Assembly (NCBI GenBank): GCA_026130045.1
Contig: JAIBNX010000059.1
Coordinates: 14,913 to 38,912, forward strand
Length of the DNA: 24,000 nt
Direction: 5' to 3'
DNA from: Micromonospora sp. CPCC 205371
Lineage (GTDB): Bacteria > Actinomycetota > Actinomycetes > Mycobacteriales > Micromonosporaceae
Shown here: in pieces, positions 15,837 to 22,200 of the stretch
How positions within the stretch are numbered: position 1 is the first letter of the stretch
How the letters are laid out: every line of letters starts with the position of its first letter
Program-made: the position numbers and the translations under genes
The notes under the pieces: generated by a model
Seen by the model: only the letters and a program-made list of their open reading frames with translations
Told to the model about the DNA's origin: nothing
The model's database searches: none

Positions 15837-17263
15837 AAGGCACACTGGCGGACGCCTGGGGCAAGCACCGCCGCAAGCTCGTCAAGGCGCTGCACCGCTC
15901 CGACCGGGACCGCTTCGACGCGCTGGTGCTCGACCTGCTCGACCTGGCGCTGCACGGCCAGCCGCCGACAGCGCCATGGCACCCGACGATCATGCGGATC
16001 GGCGTCGACACCGCGCTCACCCTCGCCAAGGAGGCGCCGCCGGACCCCGAGCTGCTGGCTGCCGCGGTCGCCCTGCCCTGGTTCGACAACGGCCTGCTGG
16101 GGCCGCGGTCGCCGCTGTCCGCGCGGGGCCGCCCGCTCGACTGGACCGCCGCGATGGTGCTGGCCATGGCGCCCGCCGGCCTGCGCGGAGAGGTCGAAAA
16201 CGACGGGTACCTCCGGCAGCTCGCCGCGTTGCCGCCGCTGCTGCGCGCCACCGCGATCCTCGAACGCGCCTTCGCCGGGGCGGCGCAGCAAGGCCCCGGG
16301 ATGCCGCTCGGGCCGGCGCTGGCGTTCAACGACGCCGAGGTGGCCACCCTGTCCACGGGCATCCCACCCAAGCTCCTCCCGCCCGGTGGGCTGCCGCCCG
16401 GCCCGCCGCCCGAGCCGCTCCCACCACCCGTCGGCAGCCCGGCCGAGGCGATCGAGCTCGTACGCAAGCACGCGAAGGAGCCGTTCGGCTCGTACCGGTT
16501 GTTCGTCGAGGGCGATCCGGGGTTCGTGGTCACCGGCACCGAGCTGGTGTACCAGGTGCGCTGGGACGTCCCGCTCGACCAGATCGTCACCATCGGCGGC
16601 CCGGTCACATATCCGGGCGACACCGAGGCCATCCGGCCCGACGAGCCGGGCTGGATCGTCGACCGAGTCACCCGCGAGGTGCACCCCGTCGATCTGGCCG
16701 GCTCGACGCTGGAGCGGTACGTGTCGGCCCGCCGCATCTTCCCGCTGCCGCCCGGCTGGCGCATCGACGGCCGCCCTCCCATCCCCGAGGGCCTGGCCGC
16801 CATGCTGCCGGTGTCCGCGGTGGCGACCGTGCAGCCAATGCTGGGCGAGGCGATCGCCCGGTACACGTCGGTGCTCGCCACCGAGTCGTGGCCGGACTAC
16901 CTGGTCGCGTGGCGGATCGCCTGCGAGACCGTAGACGCGCTGCTGACCGCGGGATACGGCGATCCGGACACTCTGACGGCGGGGCTGCTCGCCGCGCAGG
17001 GCCCCGCTCCGACCGACACTGTGGTCGGTGAGGCGTCACCGCTGTGGCACACGCTGGCTGGCCAGTACGCGCTGGCCGCCCGCCCGACGCCCGACGAGAC
17101 CGACGGCCCGGGCGCCGCCCGCCGCGCCGCCCGCCTGGCGTCGGCTTCGCCCGAGGTGAGGGCGGTGGCCGTAGCAAACGCCGAAGCCCGCCTGACCGTC
17201 GAGACGGCCCTCTTTGGCGTGGCTCCCGCCTCCCGCGAGGCCGAACTGTCCGCCCTCTCCTAA
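15833..17263 (+). CDS. hypothetical 476-aa protein: helical N-domain, poly-Pro linker, YrhB-like module, helical C-domain
   Basis: ATGA overlap with the SUKH-3 gene at 15833-15836. High GC3. Pro-rich linker PPKLLPPGGLPPGPPPEPLPPPVG. Residues ~202-290 (nt 16436-16702: AEAIELVRKH...YRLFVEG...GWIVDRVTREVHPV) repeat the YrhB-like pattern seen at the N-terminus of the deaminase. Function unknown. Confidence 0.6.
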   Translation: MKGTLADAWGKHRRKLVKALHRSDRDRFDALVLDLLDLALHGQPPTAPWHPTIMRIGVDTALTLAKEAPPDPELLAAAVALPWFDNGLLGPRSPLSARGRPLDWTAAMVLAMAPAGLRGEVENDGYLRQLAALPPLLRATAILERAFAGAAQQGPGMPLGPALAFNDAEVATLSTGIPPKLLPPGGLPPGPPPEPLPPPVGSPAEAIELVRKHAKEPFGSYRLFVEGDPGFVVTGTELVYQVRWDVPLDQIVTIGGPVTYPGDTEAIRPDEPGWIVDRVTREVHPVDLAGSTLERYVSARRIFPLPPGWRIDGRPPIPEGLAAMLPVSAVATVQPMLGEAIARYTSVLATESWPDYLVAWRIACETVDALLTAGYGDPDTLTAGLLAAQGPAPTDTVVGEASPLWHTLAGQYALAARPTPDETDGPGAARRAARLASASPEVRAVAVANAEARLTVETALFGVAPASREAELSALS

Positions 17264-17268
17264 CCCCC

Positions 17269-17325
17269 GCCCCGCGTGCGCCGCGCCGCCCCGCGTGCGC
17301 CGCGCCGCCCCGCGTGCGCCGCGCC
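17269..17325. repeat. perfect tandem repeat, 3 x 19 bp (GCCCCGCGTGCGCCGCGCC)
   Basis: Counted directly: units at 17269-17287, 17288-17306 and 17307-17325, followed by a partial GCC. It begins 6 nt after the TAA stop at 17261-17263. Confidence 0.95.
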
Positions 17326-17335
17326 GCCTCCCGCC

Positions 17336-17392
17336 GATCAAGGGCAAACGCACGCGGTTCGATCTGTTTTTCGCGTGCATTCGCCCTTGATC
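17336..17392. repeat. imperfect inverted repeat (21-nt arms, 19/21 paired, 15-nt T-rich loop) with a GATCAAGGGC core; terminator-like
   Basis: GATCAAGGGCAAACGCACGCG (17336-17356) pairs with CGCGTGCATTCGCCCTTGATC (17372-17392). The loop contains TTTTT. A further CCTTGATC copy lies at about 17404-17411. Confidence 0.7.
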
Positions 17393-17527
17393 CATGCGGA
17401 TCTCCTTGATCGACGCTGTTGTGTTCGGCGATCCGGCGCCGCATCAAGGCCGCGTCAGCGCGCCCGGCCGGCGCGCCACTAGGCGCCCCCACGCCCGGCC
17501 GGATAGTCCCGTTCCGCGCTGCCGAGC

Positions 17528-17904
17528 ATGCGTTTCTACAGCACCGTCGGCAACGTGATGGAGGGGACCGGCGAGCCCGGCCCCCAGCAATTCCTTCCCG
17601 CCCTCTTCGCGGCGTTGTACGGCACCGAGCCCTCGGACTGGGAGACGGAAGACGGCACTCGCCGGGACGGGCTTCCAGAGGGCGGCCGGTGGAAAGCGAC
17701 GGGCCGCCGCGGCGGGCCAGACGCGGGATTCCGCTTCGAGGCGCGCGGCGTCGTCGGCGAATCCACGTCCTACTCGGAGAGCCTTACCAGCTACAACCTG
17801 CCCGGGATGCGGCTGTCGTGGGACATGGAGAGGAAGCCGAGGCGCTATTCCGCGCCGTGTGGGAGCAGGTGTTCGGACAGTCACCGATGTTCGGCGGAGA
17901 CTAA
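17528..17904 (+). pseudogene. small immunity-like ORF that appears to need a frame change near 17825-17835 (1-nt deletion, sequencing error, or a genuinely different gene end)
   Basis: The frame of ATG 17528 reads as plausible protein up to ...NLPGMRLSWDME. It then becomes Arg/Cys/Ser-rich with rare codons (AGG, AGA, TGT) until 18022. The frame one nt back reads GEEAEALFRAVWEQVFGQSPMFGGD and stops at TAA 17902-17904. Confidence 0.35.
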
Positions 17905-17961
17905 GCGCGAGCGCCTTCCCGCTGGACACGAGGATGCGCCGGGGCCGGTAGAGTCGCCCAC

Positions 17962-18423
17962 GTGGACGCACTCGTCGAGTTCTCCCAGACAGGCAACCTG
18001 GGGCCGCTCCAGAAGGACATGACGGCGGTCGAGGTGGTGCGGCTACTCGGTCCGCCGGACAGCAGCAGGTGGATCCAGGGCGACGACAACGTCCAACACT
18101 ACCGGTACGGCAGCCTGTCGTTGCGGTTTAGGCGCCGCCTCGGAGACCCTGCGGGTGACGAAAATCTGCTCCTGCGGTCCCTCCGCCTGTCCTTCGACCG
18201 GCTCCCGTTTGAGCTGCCCGAGCCGGTTGCGAGTCGGCTGGAGCACCGCTGGTTGTCGACGCGCCTTGACGACGTACTGGCTGTGTTTTATCAAGCCAAC
18301 GCAGAGGCCGTGCTGGACTACGAGTCGGTCAAGGACGGTGAGATCTACCAGCGCTACCGCGTCGGTGAACGGCGAGTGTCACTCAATGTATTCGACGGGG
18401 AAGTCGTCGACATCGAAGGATAA
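17962..18423 (+). CDS. small hypothetical protein (153 aa), immunity-protein-like, convergent with the giant gene
   Basis: GTG start. The opening LVEFSQTGNLGPLQKDMTAVEVVRLLGPPDS...YGSLSLRF is a pattern common in small immunity-type proteins. GC is lower (about 55-65% in hand-counted 60-nt blocks) than in neighbouring genes. The TAA stop at 18421-18423 is only 7 nt from the stop of the giant gene. Confidence 0.65.
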   Translation: MDALVEFSQTGNLGPLQKDMTAVEVVRLLGPPDSSRWIQGDDNVQHYRYGSLSLRFRRRLGDPAGDENLLLRSLRLSFDRLPFELPEPVASRLEHRWLSTRLDDVLAVFYQANAEAVLDYESVKDGEIYQRYRVGERRVSLNVFDGEVVDIEG

Positions 18424-18430
18424 GTGTGGG

Positions 18431-19200
18431 TCAGTATGGTGGTTCGCGGCGTAGAACGACCATTGAATCCTTGATGTCGGGGTTATCAGGGAAGAGTTGA
18501 CTGAGCTTCCGGACGATGCGCTTCCCCAGATCGTTCAGCTCGGGTGCCACATCAGGATTCTCCGGGTCTGGGAAGATTTTGCCGCGGCTGATCTGCTCCG
18601 GTGCGTTCTCCATGACAGAGTCGTAGAGCCGGTCGAACTCCGCCTGATGGATCACGTACAGGTCCACGTCGAACGCGCGTAGGTCGGCGTGCGCCATGGC
18701 CTTGTGCGGTCCGCGCATGCCGTCCTGCATGCTGCCGATGTAACCGAGCGGCTCGCCCATGTAGTCGAATCGCGCGACGACCTCGTTGATCGCCGTCCGG
18801 TACTCCTCGTATCGCGCACGCCACGCCTGCTCGCCGAGCTCGACCGCCCGGTCGAATCCGGAGTCGCGCAGGTCTTCGATGCCGTTCCGGTCGACCCAGT
18901 CGCGGATCTCACCCAGCATGGCCTCGGTGCGGTCGACGAGCGGCTGCACCTCGGCACGGGCCGCCGCGTCAACGTCCGGTGGGAGGGCGCGCTCCGCAGA
19001 CGTCGATGGGAAGAACTCCTTGTACAGTGCCTTGAATTGCGTTAGAGCGTCCTTCTGGAACTCGCGAATCTGGGGCAGCATCTCACTTTCGAAGGCCTGC
19101 CGGAGTTCCGGCGGAAGATGCGTTTCAGCGTAGTAGCTGAAGTTGTCGATGGCTTCGTACGGCGCCCGGAACTCGTCCGACATCGGCAGGAACGAGCGCG
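18431..19200 (-). other. lower-GC C-terminal module (~250 aa) with a possible Pol-beta-type nucleotidyltransferase motif
   Basis: YIGS(1691)MQDGMRGPHKAMAHADLRAFD(1712)VD(1714)LYVI at nt 18662-18742 resembles hG[GS]...D-h-D-h, with a longer-than-usual spacer. Hand counts give about 54-59% GC for 18431-18630 and about 55% for 19021-19140, against about 75% at 21001-21060. Confidence 0.3.
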
Positions 19201-22200
19201 CCTTCGAGCTGGCACCCACCACACTGTCGGGATCGGCCATCGTGGAAACGATGGCTCGGGCGCCGTCGGACATCTCGGCCCACACCTCGTCGCGGCGTGC
19301 CTGTGTGCCCGGGTCCGGGTCGGTGCGGTGCTCCGGATCGAGGATGCCGAGCCGCTCGGCCTGGGCCCGGAACTCGCGGGTCAGTCGCGCGTCCTCCTGC
19401 GCCCACGCTTCACGTTGTGCCGCGGGCGCGTCCGTGGCGTGCTTGAGCTGATGCTGTACGCGCGCCTGTTCCGTGGCGAGCACGTCCAACTGCCGGAGTC
19501 CGCCCGCGTCGGGGCGACCGCCCGTCTCGACGGCGACCACAGTGGTCACCTGATCGACGAGTGCCCGGACGACGTCCTCACGGCCAATCGTCTCGGAGAT
19601 CCGGATGATGTGCTCGCCAGCCTGGGAGTCGAAGCGACTCGTGGTCCAGCCGTCGGCGACCGGCCCGACCTCGACGCGCATGGCGATGGCGCCGCCGTCC
19701 GGCGAGGAGATGCGCAGGGTTTCGCCACTCACCTGCACCCAGTCGTGAGGGAAGTACGGCCGTACCTCCGCCAACGCGCGAGGTAGCTCCGACCGGACCG
19801 CAGCCGCCGGTGTCTCCGGGTGGCCGCCGGGCGGCTCCGCGTGTGGCGGGCCGGTGGGCGGATCGGCGTGCGGTGCGCCTTCCGGCGCCTCCGGGCGCGG
19901 AGGCGGCGTCGGGCCGCCGTCGGGCGGCCGCGGTCCGTCCGGGGGTGGCGGGGCGTCGACCGGGCGCGTGCCGTCGATGACGTGTACGCGGTGCGGGAGC
20001 TCTGCGCCCGTCACCGGATCCTTGATCCGGATTCCCTCCAGGATCGCCGCCACGTCCGGATCCACGCCGCGTGTGAAGTGCCACTCCAGGCGTGGCGGGT
20101 GGCCGTCGACGTGGTGCGCGGTGTCGAACACGAGCGCACGCAGCTGCGTCTCGATCTGGCGGGTGAACTTGCCTATGTTCTTACTGCCCGGGCCGAACGG
20201 GTTGTAGTTCTTGGCATCTCGCCAAACCCGGCCGCCCTCGGCCACCACGTCGACATCGGTCTCGTGCAGCTTGCCATCGGGACCGACCGCCGAGATGTCC
20301 TTGCTGACCTCCACCACGCCGTGGGACCGTTCCGCGAGGATCAACTCGCCCTCGATACCCCGGATGTTGTTGCCGTGGTCACGGGCGAGTTGCACGGATG
20401 GGTCGCCCTTGCCCTGCTGCTCCGCCCGCAACGGCGCGACCTCGTTACGGACGTCCCCGAGCCAGCTTTCGGTGCCGCGGACCTCGGGGTGGGTGCGCGC
20501 GTACTCCTCGATCCGGCTGCGCACCTCGTCCGCGGCGCGCAATTGGTTGTCGATCTCGCGCAGGACCTCGGGCGGCGGTGGCTGGATCGCGTCCTTGGCG
20601 GCCTGCTTCGCCACCTCCGCCTCGTGCTTGTCGATCAGTGAGTCTTCGAGCGTGCGCCCGTTCTGGACGGCCTTCCGCTCCATGTTGTCCAGTGCCGTCT
20701 CGAACCGCTCGCCGACCTTGTCGTACAGCCGCTCGAACTGCTCGCGGGCACGCTGGTCCTGCAGCGCGTCGTACCGGTCACGCAGGTTCTCTGGCAGGTT
20801 GTCGCGGTTGAACGGCTCCCGTGCGGCTCCCGGCGCCCCCGGGTCGGTCAGCCGCTCATTGCGCAGTTGGCTGTGCCACGCCTCGGCGGCGTCCTGGAAC
20901 TGGTCGCGAGTGGCCCGGTCCTTGGCCGCCTCGGCTCGTTCGGCGGCGGCGGTCTGCTCGGCCGTCTGCGCATCCTGACGGTGCTGCGCGGCGCGCGCTG
21001 CCGCGTCGTCGCGGACCTGTGCGTGCTGGTCGGCCTCCACCCGGTGCTGGTGGGCGACCTGGGGGTCGACCGGGTCCCACTGGCGGGCCCGCTCGGCGGC
21101 GGCCGCCCGGCGCTGCTCGGCGGCGTGTGCCGCCTGGGTGTCGCGTGCCGCATGCTGGCGGCTCGACTCGGCGGCCTGTGCGTGCTGGTTGGCCCGCTGG
21201 TCGTGCGCCTCGGCGGAGCGCTGGTAGTGCTCCGCGCCCCGGTACTGGCTGGCCGCCTTCTCCGCCGCTTCGGCCATCCGGTCCTGGTGCTGGGCGCGCC
21301 CCTCCTCCAGTTGCCGGACCGGGTCGTTCGGCGGGTGCTGGGCGGCCTGCTGCCGGTGCTGCGCGGCCTCCGCCCTCGCCTGGGCGGCCTGCTGGTCGTG
21401 GGCGTTCGCGGCCTGGTCGACGTGCTGCCTGTACCGGGCCTCGGACTGCTGCGCGCGTTGCTCGTGCGCCTGGGCGGCCTGCTCGTGCTGACGAGCCGCC
21501 TGCTCCGCATAGCCGCGCCGGTTTTCGAAGTTGCTGGCCGCCTCGGTGGCCCGCTGCTGCTGGAGCTCCGCCTGCTGGCGCAGGCCCTCGTGCTCGTGCG
21601 CGCGGACGCGGTGCGCGTTGGCTTCCTGCCGCGCATGCTGCGCCTGCTCGCGGTGGTGCCGCTCCATCTGTTCGGCGTGGCGTGCCTGCTCGGGCGTACC
21701 CCGGCTTTGGCTCTCCGCCCACTGGCGGGCCGCGGCTTCGTGCTGCTGCGCGACCTGGTCGCGGCGCGCGCCCTCATTCCACGCCGCGTCGCGGTCGGCC
21801 CGGTGGGTGGCCGCGCGGTTCGCGGCGTCCTGTGATTGGGTACGCGCAGCCTGCGCGTCGTTGGCGTGCTGCTGCGCGTCCGTTCTGGCCTTGTTCGCGA
21901 GGTCGGTCTGTTGCCGTGCCTGGTCGGCCTCGGCGCGGGCGGTGCCGTGCTCGGCGTGCGCGCCCTGCGTGGCGCGCACGTCCGGCGGCTGGTGCGCCAG
22001 GTACTCCGGGGTGAGCGCCCTGTCGTTCCAGGTGCCGGCGGGCCGGTCGGCGAAGGGCATTGGCCGCGCGTTGCCGTCCACGACCAGCGCGTCCATGGCC
22101 GTGATCTGGGTTCGGCTGTGGATCGGGTTCTGGACGACCTGCCCGGTGTCGGCGTCGACGAACTGCGTGCCGTGGGGCGTGTCGACCGCCGTCACGACCT

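Noticed and set aside
14739-16881. Minus-strand ORFs 14739-15815, 15770-16684 and 15802-16881 opposite the SUKH-3 and ORF3 genes
   Set aside because: Shadow ORFs. The plus-strand genes show ATGA coupling, GC3 bias and recognisable domain patterns.
17269-17325. Possible CRISPR array
   Set aside because: The units are directly abutting with no spacers, are only 19 bp long, number only three, and no cas genes are present in the window.
17458-17476. GC-only hairpin GCGCGCC-CGGCC-GGCGCGC
   Set aside because: Short GC palindromes like this arise by chance at high frequency in DNA with more than 70% GC. It has no T-tract and no informative context.
17923-17961. Possible leaderless-type promoter (TGGACA ... 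TAGAGT at 17949-17954) for the 153-aa gene
   Set aside because: The -10-like hexamer is well placed, but the -35-like hexamer is 20 nt away, which is too far. Support is insufficient to list it as a feature.
18019-18022. ATGA overlap suggesting that the long frame-A ORF (17528-18022) is coupled to an ATG at 18019
   Set aside because: Codon usage in 17962-18018 favours the frame of the GTG-17962 gene. The frame-A tail is rare-codon, Cys/Arg-rich sequence. I treat the ATGA as coincidental.
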